Below are positions 1 to 10,835 of a stretch of DNA of 64,000 nucleotides, one piece after another (position 1 is the stretch's first letter; each line of letters begins with the position of its first letter). Made by a program: the position numbers and the translations under genes. This DNA is from Candidatus Bathyarchaeota archaeon (GTDB lineage Archaea > Thermoproteota > Bathyarchaeia > Bathyarchaeales > Bathycorpusculaceae), in assembly GCA_963811105.1 (NCBI GenBank), contig CAWEPZ010000009.1, positions 320,001 through 384,000 of the forward strand, read 5' to 3'. The notes below the pieces were generated by a model, which made no database searches, was not told the origin of the DNA, and was given only the letters and a program-made list of their open reading frames with translations.

Positions 1-1
1 G

Positions 2-460
2 CTTTTCGACGTAAGCAACGTAGACAACCCACAGCAGCTATCAAAATATATCATAGGCGACAGAGGCACAGATTCCTTAGCGCTCTCGGAACCTAAAGCG
101 TTCCTATTTGACAAGGAAAAAGGTCTGCTGGTAATTCCAGTTAGCCTTGCACTTGTGGATAATTCTTCTGGTCACGCCTCTGCATCTTCGTATGGACAAA
201 CGGTTTGGCAGGGCGCCTACGTGTTTAGCGTAAACTTAATCGGCGGCTTCACATTGAAGGGCACAGTAACCCACATTGACCCATCGCTGCTTAACAACCA
301 AGGATACCTCAAAGACCCGAGCACCTACTATAGCACCCAAAACAGCCAAATAACACGATCACTGTACATCGGCAACACACTTTACACATTCTCAAACGCC
401 GAAGTGAAACTAAACAGCTTAACAGACATGACGCAAATAGCACAAATCAATCTCACCTAA
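2..460 (+). CDS. Secreted beta-propeller domain protein (Beta_propel/COG4880-like), 3' part only; the gene runs off the window
   Basis: The frame is open from base 2: LFDVSNVDNPQQLSKYIIGDRGTDSLALSEPKAFLFDKEKGLLVIPV...WQGAYVF...ITRSLYIGNTLYTFS, the typical C-terminus of this family. Confidence 0.75.
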   Translation, partial: LFDVSNVDNPQQLSKYIIGDRGTDSLALSEPKAFLFDKEKGLLVIPVSLALVDNSSGHASASSYGQTVWQGAYVFSVNLIGGFTLKGTVTHIDPSLLNNQGYLKDPSTYYSTQNSQITRSLYIGNTLYTFSNAEVKLNSLTDMTQIAQINLT

Positions 461-469
461 ACCCAAACC

Positions 470-490
470 AATTTCTTTTTTTACTTTTTG
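470..490 (+). terminator. Archaeal oligo-T terminator
   Basis: ATTTCTTTTTTTACTTTTT lies about 10 bp after the stop codon. Confidence 0.45.
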
Positions 491-519
491 CCTTAATGAA
501 CTAAATAATAAACAAAACA

Positions 520-3500
520 CTACTTAGCGGATTTCGCGTAAACTTCAACTTCGACCACTGGAGCTGTTTTTCCTAAGAACTTAGACAGCGAACCTTTCCA
601 TTTGGGGTTTGAGTTTGCAGTAAAGCCAACTGTTTGGGCAATGCCTCTCCACAGTAACGCTTTATCGTAATCTTTGGCATCTTGGGGCATGAATTCAAAG
701 ATTGATCGACTCGCTACAACCACAAGTTTCTTTTTCATTCTGGAGATTGCGACATTTATGCGGTTTAAGTTCAGCAGGAAATCGCTTTCTGTGCGTATAT
801 AGTCTGGGTCGCTTACAGTTGAAGATATTATTATGAAGTCGCCTTCTCCACCTTGGAAACGTTCAACCGTGTCAACCCGTACATTTTCGTAACCGTCAAA
901 CAACAAATTCTTGACTATACCCCGCTGAGCATTGTGCGGTGTAACGACACCTACACAATCGGAACGTACACTGCGAACTAACGAATCAACAATCTGCGCT
1001 TCAACTGGGTTTGATTGAAAACTCTCAGCTTGGTCATGAACAATTAAGACAAGAATGTTCTCTGGCGCCAAAACGACCTTCAATCCATCTGTCGCTGGTG
1101 CAGGACAAGCGAGAGTCTGCGTTTGGTCGGAGCGAAAATCGATTCCGTCTTTGTTGTACACCCATTCTTTTAGAAACTGCGCAACGACTTGGTGGCATCT
1201 ATGCGTTTCGCTTAGCCGTTCTGTTGGAATGGTAGCTTTATGCAATGATTTAACATGTTCGATTCCAAGGTCCTCTTGGCGTAGCAAGCGAAGGAAATCC
1301 ATGGCGGAGAGAAATGAAGCCATTTCTTCGATGGTTCGGCGGTCCTCTTTTTCCCAATTATGTGCTTGAATCGGTGGCAGTTGTCGATGGTCTCCTGCAA
1401 CCAGAATTTGAGCATTCTTTTCTACAAAGGCTCCTGACAGAATCAGTTCAGGAAGTCGCATCATGCTTGCTTCATCAACTACTAGTAAATCAAAATAGCC
1501 CTCGTCCCACTGTGGCTCCTTGCCGCCGATTTTCTTCATGATGCCATATAGGCCGGGAGGTGTCACGCACAAAACCAAAGGAAAATCATCAGTTGAATTA
1601 GAAACTAGTTTTTCTTGGCTTGATAAGGCATCTTTTAACTCAGCAACTACTTCTTCATCTTCATTGTAGTTAACGTATCTGACTCCGTCAATGCTTTTAC
1701 GTGGAGCATTATTGAGAACGCGGTAAATCCGTAGGTTCGCTAAATCGCTCCCGCCTTCTTTACAATAAGTTCGCCAAGACTTTGCAAGCTTACTAACAAA
1801 TTCATGAATCGCCTTATGGGTAGGAGCAACCATCAAAACACGACATTTGCCAACCGCTTTGTGGGCTGATATATGTGCAAGAACCGCGGATTGCAAGGTT
1901 TCAGTTTTGCCAGTGCCTGGGGGGCCTTGAAGCATAACAACCTGTTCTCTGCCAAAGACGCGGTCTATAAAACGATTCTGCTCCGGCTTAGGTGGTAAAC
2001 TGGAATGTTTAATCCATGTCAAGAAGCCCTGTGCATTTTCTTTGGATAATGCAGCGCGTTCTGAAGATTTGCTTGTTCCCTCCAAGAACCCTGTTAACAG
2101 GCAGTAGAGCTCGTTATTGGCTGCATAGTCGAGGCATTTTGCCGCTCTCTCTGAAATTATGTCATCGACTAAGTCATCTAAAATGTATTTGCGTCCCACT
2201 TCAAAGAGCTGCATGTGCTTGCTGTTTTTGGCTTTGTCTTTGTCAGTGGTTGGAAGATTATGCCAAGTGCTGTACCGCCTACTTTTGCCGCTAGGCCAAC
2301 TGACAACTTTGATGGATAACTCCATTTTGCGCAAATCAACCTTTTCTAATATGACACGGGCGGATTTTTCGACTTGGGCAGGTGACCTTTGATTTGCTTC
2401 CTCAAATTGACCCCGCTCATTAATTGATATTTCCGTCGCAACCATCCAATCGCCCGAACCTGAATCATCTGACCCCTTAACTCGACATGCGTTAACAATG
2501 GCGTCTGCTCTAGGCAAACCAAGCCCTTCATAAATCAACTTTCCCCGAATAACAAAATCCCGATCAGTCTCTTCAGCGCTGATGCATTCAAAAATCAATG
2601 ATCTTCCTGTAGCTACCCGCTGGCATGGGAGCAAAGCATAATGTTGGTAGACTTCTTGGCGTTTAGCAAAATATTCGAGGTCTAGGAATTCTCGGCAGCT
2701 TCTCTCCAGCGTCGAGGATCCTAAGGTGAAGTCGGGGATTTTTGGAATGTTTATTGGTTTTTTTCCTAACCTACGATTGCGTATATTTAGTGAGCGTTCG
2801 ATGGTTTCAAGAGCTAAACAGAGATTTTGGCTGAGCAGCATTAAGTCTTCGTCGCTGACTCTGCGGGTTTTATGGGGGTAATCGCACCACAGTCGCTTTT
2901 CGATCATTATTCTTTCGTGGCCATCAACTTGGCTTTTGTCAAGGTTACCTTTTGCTCCCCAAATATACTCAATAGGAATTTGGTTCCCAAAACGGGCCCG
3001 TGCTGGATAATACCCTTCTTTACTTCTAAAGTCGTCAGAACTAAGTATGAATGATATTGAACCAGATCCACTGCGCGTGTAGGGCAGTTCAAAGTTAAAG
3101 AAGCCATCACGGAAAGCCAAACGCATGTCTAGGCGTGATCCGTCTTTGCGGTTAACCGTCCATTGGTTAGCTTCAAAGTAGCAGCATTGCTTAAGAACTG
3201 GCAGAAGTCCCGTGCTGTGATAGCCGACTGCTTTGCGCAGCATGATTTCGTCTTGAAGGATGGAAAACATAGGTTGATCGATTGCTTGCCTAAGACCCAG
3301 AAGATCTTGGACAGCACGAGCAGTCTTCAGTGTAGAGTGGCGGCGTACTGCTTCCATCAAATGGTCCCGCTCTTGCCGCGTGTAGAAGTATAGATGGATT
3401 GGTGCTTCGTCTGGGCTTCCCACTTCCACAGCAATGCAATTAATGGCTTTAGTTAGCTCTGAAAAGAAAGCTTCCAGAAGATTTCTTTCTTCCTCTATGG

Positions 3501-4929
3501 CTTCCTTTTGCTCTTTTGGCAGGAACCTGACAATTTTTGAAACGCATATCTCTTTTCCATGGTATCTTGTGCAGCTTACTCTGGCGCTAATAATCGAAAT
3601 GATATTTAGCAGATAATCCCATTGAATATGAAAGTACACGCGCACCATGCCGTCAGGTCCAAAAGAAAGCGACGTATCTGCTCCTTCCTGAGGACTGTCC
3701 TCAGGCAGAGTTCCGTAACCAGTGCCAGTAAGCCAAGGCATGTATCTTACCTTATTAACGTACGGACTATTAGGACGTACTGTTGAGAGCATGAATTGAG
3801 CTCTCTGAATTAGCCTGTCCAGTTTGCCGCCGATAACAGGGTCAGATGATAGTACCTGAACTTTTTGTAGGTCGACAGCTGGGATTTCCTTGAAGTTATA
3901 TGGACGCAAATCCTCTGTCTTCGGCACTACTTTCAGTTTGGCTAGGTCCTCTAGCCGTAAAATTCCCTGTTGACTCAGAGCCTTCTGCTCGCCCCTTGTC
4001 AAGTTCAGCAATGTAATACTTTCGTTTTCAACTGCGCAGACAATACAACACTCGTTGTAGCCGCAGTTATCACAACGCCAAGAAAGCTGATACTCCACTT
4101 CGTTCACAGGTTTTTGGTGGATTCGGTAGAGTTCACCACTTTTACTGAGGAGTCTTTGGATATCTTGGATTAATGGTTCAAGCCTAAAAGAAGGAAGACT
4201 TTCAGGCTCAAGCTTATCCAAATCCGATTGCTTGTTGATAACTCCGCCTTCAAACTCAATTTTACATGCAACCTCGCCTAACGCCTGCGTGAGCAATAGT
4301 ACATAGATGGCAACTTGTATGCGGTGAGCTGTCTGCTCTCTCCAAGATGATTTTATCTCGAAAATGCGAACCTTAACTTTCCCATTTCTGTTAGGCCATA
4401 TACCGATCAAGTCGGCTATGCCTTTTATATCCCATAAACCGATACAACCCCTCATCGGAGCTTGATAAATCAGAACAGGCTTGTATTTTACATCGGGGTT
4501 AGCAGAAAAAGCGTTTTCAACTATCTGCCTGATTGCATCCAATGATTTTGGCCAAGCCCTTTCCCATCCTTCTACTTGCTTTTTAGGGTCATAACAGGTA
4601 AAGTCGTGATAGTCAGCAACTTTTGCTTTTAACTCCAAAACAGTTTTTTCTTCTAATTGTTTGCCGGCAGAAAACAACAATGGGCTTAACGGCTTATGGA
4701 AAGCTTCAGGCCACTTCCTTTTTTTCTCTTCAGTATCTTCAAACCTTAATTTAAAATAGCGAGGGCAGCAGTCAAAGCGAATGTATTCTGCAATTCCAGA
4801 TGCATCAAGCGAAGGCATTTTTTTGGTTGATTGGTCGGGCGAGGTTTTGCTTGGTTTCAGACGTCTTATGCCTTTTGAGTATGTTGGTCCGATTTCTTGT
4901 GCATCTGGATTGCCTGATTTCTCTTCCAA
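520..4929 (-). CDS. RecB/Cas4-like PD-(D/E)xK nuclease fused to an SF1B (Dna2/Upf1-like) helicase
   Basis: N-terminal GIADLIG..IFEIKSS..HRIQVAIY with Cys motifs CCPRYF and CDNCGYNECC. Helicase motifs: QGPPGTGKT, VDEASM, GDHRQLPP, TVERFQGGE, RINVAISRMK. Confidence 0.85.
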   Translation of the reverse strand: MEEKSGNPDAQEIGPTYSKGIRRLKPSKTSPDQSTKKMPSLDASGIAEYIRFDCCPRYFKLRFEDTEEKKRKWPEAFHKPLSPLLFSAGKQLEEKTVLELKAKVADYHDFTCYDPKKQVEGWERAWPKSLDAIRQIVENAFSANPDVKYKPVLIYQAPMRGCIGLWDIKGIADLIGIWPNRNGKVKVRIFEIKSSWREQTAHRIQVAIYVLLLTQALGEVACKIEFEGGVINKQSDLDKLEPESLPSFRLEPLIQDIQRLLSKSGELYRIHQKPVNEVEYQLSWRCDNCGYNECCIVCAVENESITLLNLTRGEQKALSQQGILRLEDLAKLKVVPKTEDLRPYNFKEIPAVDLQKVQVLSSDPVIGGKLDRLIQRAQFMLSTVRPNSPYVNKVRYMPWLTGTGYGTLPEDSPQEGADTSLSFGPDGMVRVYFHIQWDYLLNIISIISARVSCTRYHGKEICVSKIVRFLPKEQKEAIEEERNLLEAFFSELTKAINCIAVEVGSPDEAPIHLYFYTRQERDHLMEAVRRHSTLKTARAVQDLLGLRQAIDQPMFSILQDEIMLRKAVGYHSTGLLPVLKQCCYFEANQWTVNRKDGSRLDMRLAFRDGFFNFELPYTRSGSGSISFILSSDDFRSKEGYYPARARFGNQIPIEYIWGAKGNLDKSQVDGHERIMIEKRLWCDYPHKTRRVSDEDLMLLSQNLCLALETIERSLNIRNRRLGKKPINIPKIPDFTLGSSTLERSCREFLDLEYFAKRQEVYQHYALLPCQRVATGRSLIFECISAEETDRDFVIRGKLIYEGLGLPRADAIVNACRVKGSDDSGSGDWMVATEISINERGQFEEANQRSPAQVEKSARVILEKVDLRKMELSIKVVSWPSGKSRRYSTWHNLPTTDKDKAKNSKHMQLFEVGRKYILDDLVDDIISERAAKCLDYAANNELYCLLTGFLEGTSKSSERAALSKENAQGFLTWIKHSSLPPKPEQNRFIDRVFGREQVVMLQGPPGTGKTETLQSAVLAHISAHKAVGKCRVLMVAPTHKAIHEFVSKLAKSWRTYCKEGGSDLANLRIYRVLNNAPRKSIDGVRYVNYNEDEEVVAELKDALSSQEKLVSNSTDDFPLVLCVTPPGLYGIMKKIGGKEPQWDEGYFDLLVVDEASMMRLPELILSGAFVEKNAQILVAGDHRQLPPIQAHNWEKEDRRTIEEMASFLSAMDFLRLLRQEDLGIEHVKSLHKATIPTERLSETHRCHQVVAQFLKEWVYNKDGIDFRSDQTQTLACPAPATDGLKVVLAPENILVLIVHDQAESFQSNPVEAQIVDSLVRSVRSDCVGVVTPHNAQRGIVKNLLFDGYENVRVDTVERFQGGEGDFIIISSTVSDPDYIRTESDFLLNLNRINVAISRMKKKLVVVASRSIFEFMPQDAKDYDKALLWRGIAQTVGFTANSNPKWKGSLSKFLGKTAPVVEVEVYAKSAK

Positions 4930-5305
4930 TGTTAGCGCTCCTCTCTCCTGTGAACAAGCGAATGTTGCTTAAATGTCATATCCATGTTTAAAGCCATATC
5001 CAAAAAGCTTCAAATTCGCATAGAGGAAAACGAAGGCTATTGTTTGGTTTCATATTTTTTGGTGATATCACTCTCGCAACAATTCCCTTTTTTTATAAAA
5101 ATATTAGTTTGATTTCGGAGTTCCAATAAGGCCTTAGGAACCATTCTCCGGAAACTAAGTAAGTCTTTTTTTTGCTTCTAAAAGATTAAAGTAGCAAAAA
5201 TTTCCCGACTTCCCTTTTTTGTATTGAGAACTAATTTATGGCAGAGTCCTTGCTTTCGAAATTAGCAACATAGTGTTATGTAGTCAGTGGCCACTTTCCA
5301 CTCAG

Positions 5306-5316
5306 GATTATAAGCA
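5306..5316 (+). promoter_or_regulatory. TATA box of the first beta-propeller gene
   Basis: TTATAAG upstream of the ATG at 5381; the same TTATAAG precedes the other two intact paralogs. Confidence 0.45.
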
Positions 5317-5380
5317 ATTTGTTATAACTTGAATATGGGAAAGATGAAAAAACCAAATCATTTTTTTCTATGAATTTGAG

Positions 5381-7939
5381 ATGAATAAGATGAAAAATAC
5401 CTTAAATGAAAAAGCAATTATCGGAACAACTTTGATTCTATTGATGACTTTGGCTATATTAATGACTAATTCTCCTGTCAATGCTGAGCAGGCTGCACAG
5501 CAGCAAACCACTGGACCTTTGCCATCAGGAGTTACTCCTAATGCCACGGTTCCTACAAAGGCATTTCTCAGCTTTAGACCTAATCCAGTTGGAGCAGGTC
5601 AAACCATTTTGGTTAATCTGTGGACTACGCCTGCGCCGGGTGCAAATAGGCTACATAAGGATTATACAATTACAATTACAAATCCAAACGGAACAGCACG
5701 CATTATCAAAATGGATTCATACGTGGCAGACGGAACAGCATGGTTTGAATACTTACTTGATCAAGTTGGCACTTGGAAGCTAAAGTTTGATTTTCAAGGT
5801 ACCTATTATCCAGCAGGGCAATACAACAACGGCATAATTGTAACTTCAGGCGGTTCGGCTTATGATTCTGCATACTATCAACCAAGCTCTACTCCAGAAC
5901 AGACATTAACCGTTCAACAAGATATAGTGGCTTCTTGGCCGCCATCAGCTATTCCAACAGATTATTGGATAAGACCAGTATCACCTGATAACAGAGAATG
6001 GTGGATAATCGCAGGCAACTATCCGTGGAATGGCATGGGATTATCATATTTCGATCCTGAAGTTGCAAAGTGGCAAGAGCTATACCCAAATACTAACCCA
6101 TATTGGAGTGCCCAAGAAAGGTTTACTCCATGGGTACAAGCACCTGAGAGCGCACACATCGTATGGAGAGAGCAGGGTGTCGATGCAGGAGTTGTCGGGG
6201 GCGATGTTGGAACTGAAGTCATTGCACCTGGTGGCATTCAAGGTCTTCCTCAAGCAGGCAACCCAAACATAATCTACAATGGAAAAGCCTACCAAACATA
6301 TACCAAAGTGATGCCTCAAACAGTCAACGGCACTATACAAAGCATGCCCACAACAGTTTGGCGATGCTATGATATACGGACTGGTAAAGTATTCTGGGAA
6401 CAAACCGGTGTTACTGCACCCACAGTCCTTGAATATGAAATTCGGGCTGCAGCAGTTCCTGGCGCTGAGTTTGCAGGAGGAATGACAGTGAATCTCTTGG
6501 CTTTAAGCAGCAACAGGCTATTGAAGTATAATCCGCTAACTGGCGCTGCAATAGCGAACATTTCAATTCCAGTAACAGGCACTTACTACATGAATGGATA
6601 TGTTTTGGCAGTACAGGACCTTGGAAGTGCGGCTGGCGCAAACAGGTATCGTTTGATCAACTGGACTACAGCAGGGACGGACACTAACTTCACTACTAGA
6701 ATAGTGAGCAACACCACTTACGCACGCAGCAGCTTACCTACTCTAATCGATTGGGGCGCCGGTCTAGGTGCCACAGTATCAGGCGTAACTGTTGCAGGAG
6801 CATATGAAGGAACAACACTGCAAGGCATCAATCTATTAACTGGTGCATCGATGTGGAATGTAACAGTGCCTGAGACGCAATACAGTGGATCTTGCAACAT
6901 TGCTGACCATGGAAAAGTTGCCACGCTTACACAGCAAGGATATTACTTAGCGTATGACATCGCGACGGGAAAGCAAGCATGGAAGGGCGAACTTATGGAT
7001 TATCCATGGGATCAATCTGGTTTCGGAGCTTACTCAGTGCAATCAGCGTATGGCTTATTGTACCATGAAGGCTACTCAGGTGTCTACGCGTTTAATTGGG
7101 ATGATGGTAAAATTGCTTGGAAGTACGAAGCCCCCTCAGCATACCCATATGAAGCCCCATACACTGGCAAGAATGGTACTGGAGTTTATCCCTTCGATTC
7201 AGGCGCTATAGTTGCTGACGGAAAAGTTTACGTTGGAAATGAAGAGCACTCATCTACTCAACCTCTAACTAGGGGTTGGTCGTTCCACTGCATCAACGCT
7301 ACTACTGGGAAAGGCATTTGGAAAGTGGCAATAGCTGGGATTCCAGGCCCAGTCGCTGATGGATATTTGACAATGTCAAGCATTTACGATGGCTACCAAT
7401 ACATTTTTGGCAAAGGACAAAGCACTACAACAATTTCGGCACCACAGACTGCCATTACCCAGGGACAAAGTGTCGTCTTAACTGGCACTGTCCTGGATCA
7501 GTCACCCGCTCAGCCGGGAACGCCCTGTATTTCCCCCGAGAGCATGGGTGACTGGATGACTCACCTGTACATGCAGACGCCAGTTCCAGCGAATATTACT
7601 GGTGTTCCAGTGTCGTTGGATACCGTTGATCCTAATGGAAACAGCCAACACATTACAACCGTGACAAGCGATATGAGCGGAGTTTTTAGCTACATGTGGA
7701 CACCCGATGTCACAGGCAAATACGTTGTTACAGCAACTTTCCTCGGAGACGCTTCCTATGGTAGTTCATGGGCAGAAACCGCAGTAGGAGTAACAACACC
7801 ATCAGCAACATCCACACCAGCACCAACACAACAAGCAGCAGCCTTGCCTCCATTTGAATTATACTTTGCAGCAACAGCTGTAGCAATAATCATCGCAATA
7901 GCCGTAGCAACAATCCTTTTACTTAGAAAGAAACAATAA
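5381..7939 (+). CDS. PQQ-binding-like beta-propeller cell-surface protein (paralog 1) with signal peptide and C-terminal TM anchor
   Basis: Signal peptide; LSFRPNPVG Ig-like start; repeated YDxxTGxxxW blades; S/T/P linker; TM helix ending RKKQ. Confidence 0.85.
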   Translation: MNKMKNTLNEKAIIGTTLILLMTLAILMTNSPVNAEQAAQQQTTGPLPSGVTPNATVPTKAFLSFRPNPVGAGQTILVNLWTTPAPGANRLHKDYTITITNPNGTARIIKMDSYVADGTAWFEYLLDQVGTWKLKFDFQGTYYPAGQYNNGIIVTSGGSAYDSAYYQPSSTPEQTLTVQQDIVASWPPSAIPTDYWIRPVSPDNREWWIIAGNYPWNGMGLSYFDPEVAKWQELYPNTNPYWSAQERFTPWVQAPESAHIVWREQGVDAGVVGGDVGTEVIAPGGIQGLPQAGNPNIIYNGKAYQTYTKVMPQTVNGTIQSMPTTVWRCYDIRTGKVFWEQTGVTAPTVLEYEIRAAAVPGAEFAGGMTVNLLALSSNRLLKYNPLTGAAIANISIPVTGTYYMNGYVLAVQDLGSAAGANRYRLINWTTAGTDTNFTTRIVSNTTYARSSLPTLIDWGAGLGATVSGVTVAGAYEGTTLQGINLLTGASMWNVTVPETQYSGSCNIADHGKVATLTQQGYYLAYDIATGKQAWKGELMDYPWDQSGFGAYSVQSAYGLLYHEGYSGVYAFNWDDGKIAWKYEAPSAYPYEAPYTGKNGTGVYPFDSGAIVADGKVYVGNEEHSSTQPLTRGWSFHCINATTGKGIWKVAIAGIPGPVADGYLTMSSIYDGYQYIFGKGQSTTTISAPQTAITQGQSVVLTGTVLDQSPAQPGTPCISPESMGDWMTHLYMQTPVPANITGVPVSLDTVDPNGNSQHITTVTSDMSGVFSYMWTPDVTGKYVVTATFLGDASYGSSWAETAVGVTTPSATSTPAPTQQAAALPPFELYFAATAVAIIIAIAVATILLLRKKQ

Positions 7940-7957
7940 TCCGCGCAAATTCAACTA

Positions 7958-7980
7958 TCTTTTTTTTATTTTCTTTTTAT
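7958..7980 (+). terminator. Oligo-T terminator
   Basis: TCTTTTTTTTATTTTCTTTTTAT follows the stop codon. Confidence 0.45.
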
Positions 7981-8204
7981 CTGAGGTGTGGGAGAAGCGG
8001 TTGTGGTCTTATACTCCGTTGTCGATATCGACATTAAATTTTTCGCGTTTTTGCGCTCCTCTTTTCTTCTTTGTTCTAAAAACTAAAGGTTCTATACAAT
8101 TTCAAAACCTTAGCGATAAATTTTGATACTAAGATTTTTATTTTCAATTAATCGTTTTTTTTAGACTAAAAAAGGGAAAGTTGATTTTGGGTTGCCGATG
8201 TTTT

Positions 8205-10835
8205 TTACTGGCGTTTTCTGAGGAGTAAGACTGTGGCTATTGCTATTGCTATAATTATAGCGATTCCAACAACAGCTATGTAAGTCATTAGGTCTGCGGT
8301 GGTTGCAAGGTTTAGTGGTGCAGCGGTTGATGTTGGTGTTGATGCTGTGGTTGGTGCTTGGCTTACTGTAGCATATGTGTCTGCCGATGAATAGCTATAC
8401 GAGTCGTCGCCTGCAAAAGTCGCGGTTATCTTGTACAGGCCTGAAATCGTTGGGTTCCAAGAGTAGCCAAAGGAGCCGAGTGCGTCGGTTGTTACATCTG
8501 CGATATGTGCATAGTTTCCGTTAGGGTCAACTGCGTCAATTGATACTGGGACACCGGTAACGCTCGCAGGATATGGTGCTTGCTGATGTAGGTATGCCAT
8601 ATAGTCGCCCATGGAAGCGTGAGAAACGCATGGCGTTCCCGGCTGAGCGGGTGACTGATCTAGGACAGTACCAGATATAGTAACTTTTGTGTCCACGGCG
8701 ATTGCGTTTTGTGGAGCAGAAACAGTGGTTCCGCTTAGTCCCATGCCGAAAACGTAAAGGTATCCGTCGTAGTAGTTGGTGGCTGTCATGTAGCCGTCAG
8801 CGATAACACCTGGAGCCATGGGTCCCAATGTTTTCCAAACCAGAGCACCTGTAGTACCATTGATGCCGTATACGCTCCAGCCTCTAGAAAGCGGATCTTT
8901 GGGCGAGTGCGGAATACTGTACGCATAGACCATGCCGCTACCAATAGGAATTGCAACACCCATAGAGTAGTCATTGTTGTTGAGTCCAGTACCGTTAGTA
9001 AAGTTAGTTTCGAACGGTAAGGATGGGTCTTGGAATTGCCAGGCTATTTGCCCATTAGTCCAATTATAGGCGACAACACCGTCATATTGTGCGTACAAGA
9101 TAAGACCAAAAGCTGATGCATCTCTGTAACTTCCGAATATGCCCCATGGATAACTTGAGAGTTCACTCTTCCATGCAAATGCTCCTGTGTGCAAATTCCA
9201 AGCGTACCAATATCCATCGTCAAAGCGTTCAGCGACTAATCCGTGGTCAGCAAGTCCAATTCCACTAAAGAAGGGATAGCTTATGCCTGATGATACGTTC
9301 CATAAGAGTTGTCCTGTTGTCAAGCTTGCAGCGATTAATTGGGTACTTACTGTTACTCCTGTGCCGGGTCCGTTTGTACTGGTAGTGGTAACCGAAATCA
9401 TTGATTCATAATCTGCGGTGCCTATTGAAGAGAATGGCCAAGTAATGTTGCTCTGTATGCAGGAGGCGAAGTTGGTGCTGCTAATACCTGCGAGTGTCCA
9501 ATTGATTAAATAGTATTTGGTGCCAATAGTTTGGACACTTAACACATATGGATCAGCGTAAAGAGTGCCTGATGTGACTGGGATTGTTGCATTGGCTGTC
9601 ACAGCGCCATTCGCAGGGCTATATTTCGTGACTAATCCTAAGCTTGAATTGGCGCTTGCACCAATGTATACAAGACTTGGTACTGTTCGGTCTGCCCGAG
9701 TTATTCCTCCTGGGACAGGGGGAGCATTTTCAGCGAATGAAATGAGTGTGGGTATTCGAGTGACGTTTGTAAGATCCCACAATACTATGCCTGTTCTTAT
9801 GTCATAGCATTCCCAAACTGGCTGAGTAATTCCATTGTATGGTTTTGTTATGGATTGGTAGCATTTTCCTTGAAAGACTATGTTTGGGTTTCCTGCGCCA
9901 CCTGGTCCAGATGCGCCCCAAGTAGCAGATCCTCCGTTGAAATCGTTTATAGCTGAGAGACTCGTGGTGGACGATTGGTCAATTAGTCCGCCGAAGATTC
10001 CGTCAACAGCGCCATTTGTCATTCTCCAAACTATATGTGCACTGGTTGGTCCAGTTACGTATGGTACGAAGTTGTAATTGCTTGCGTATACGTTTGTGTT
10101 GTCTGGCCAGCCTGGGGTTCCTGTTCCGCCTCCGACCTCATTATTCGGGTCGCTTCCACCGATTACCCACCATTCTCTGTTATCAGGTGAAATTGGTCGT
10201 GACCAATATTGTCCGGCTCCCGGAAGTGGAGATGGTTGCCAACTTGCCACTGGATCTTGCTGTACTACCACTGTGTATTTCGCTGTCGTTGAAGGTTTAT
10301 AGTAGCAATCTTGTATTGCGTTAAATACGCTGCCTCCTGGATTTGTCTTGGATACGAGCCCTCCTAGATAGTATCCTGCTGGGTAGTAGTCTCCTGCATA
10401 GCTGAACTGCAGAGTATAATTGCCAACTAAATCGGGTAAGTATGTAAACCATGCTGTTGTATCTCCTAGATAGGAATCCATCGGACCGACTGTTTCTGTA
10501 GTTCCGTCTGGCTTTCCGATTGTTACTGTGTATCCTGTGCGCGCACGTTGCACTACAACTGCAGGTTGGGTCCACATGTTTACTGTCAGAATTTGACCAA
10601 CTCCAATGGGGTTAGGTTCAAAGCTAATGTAAGGAATTGTATCGATTGTCTGTGTTGGAGTGACACCGGATGGAACCGGCCCACCCGTATAAGCTGCGTT
10701 ATTTGGTGCTCCAATAGTTACTCCTGTTTGAGCTTTTACTGGCATTATTGTTATTGCACATGCTGAAGCAGAAATTATCATTATGGCAATAATGACTAAA
10801 GCAAAAGATTTCGTTTTTATTGTCAGATTCGTCAT
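8205..10835 (-). CDS. PQQ-binding-like beta-propeller cell-surface protein (paralog 2)
   Basis: Same architecture; conserved ISFEPNPIG, RPISPDNREWW, GTVLDQSPAQPGTPC, TM + RKRQ. Confidence 0.85.
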   Translation of the reverse strand: MTNLTIKTKSFALVIIAIMIISASACAITIMPVKAQTGVTIGAPNNAAYTGGPVPSGVTPTQTIDTIPYISFEPNPIGVGQILTVNMWTQPAVVVQRARTGYTVTIGKPDGTTETVGPMDSYLGDTTAWFTYLPDLVGNYTLQFSYAGDYYPAGYYLGGLVSKTNPGGSVFNAIQDCYYKPSTTAKYTVVVQQDPVASWQPSPLPGAGQYWSRPISPDNREWWVIGGSDPNNEVGGGTGTPGWPDNTNVYASNYNFVPYVTGPTSAHIVWRMTNGAVDGIFGGLIDQSSTTSLSAINDFNGGSATWGASGPGGAGNPNIVFQGKCYQSITKPYNGITQPVWECYDIRTGIVLWDLTNVTRIPTLISFAENAPPVPGGITRADRTVPSLVYIGASANSSLGLVTKYSPANGAVTANATIPVTSGTLYADPYVLSVQTIGTKYYLINWTLAGISSTNFASCIQSNITWPFSSIGTADYESMISVTTTSTNGPGTGVTVSTQLIAASLTTGQLLWNVSSGISYPFFSGIGLADHGLVAERFDDGYWYAWNLHTGAFAWKSELSSYPWGIFGSYRDASAFGLILYAQYDGVVAYNWTNGQIAWQFQDPSLPFETNFTNGTGLNNNDYSMGVAIPIGSGMVYAYSIPHSPKDPLSRGWSVYGINGTTGALVWKTLGPMAPGVIADGYMTATNYYDGYLYVFGMGLSGTTVSAPQNAIAVDTKVTISGTVLDQSPAQPGTPCVSHASMGDYMAYLHQQAPYPASVTGVPVSIDAVDPNGNYAHIADVTTDALGSFGYSWNPTISGLYKITATFAGDDSYSYSSADTYATVSQAPTTASTPTSTAAPLNLATTADLMTYIAVVGIAIIIAIAIATVLLLRKRQ

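Noticed and set aside
8020-8033. 14-bp perfect palindrome TGTCGATATCGACA
   Set aside because: Single copy between convergent genes with no supporting context.
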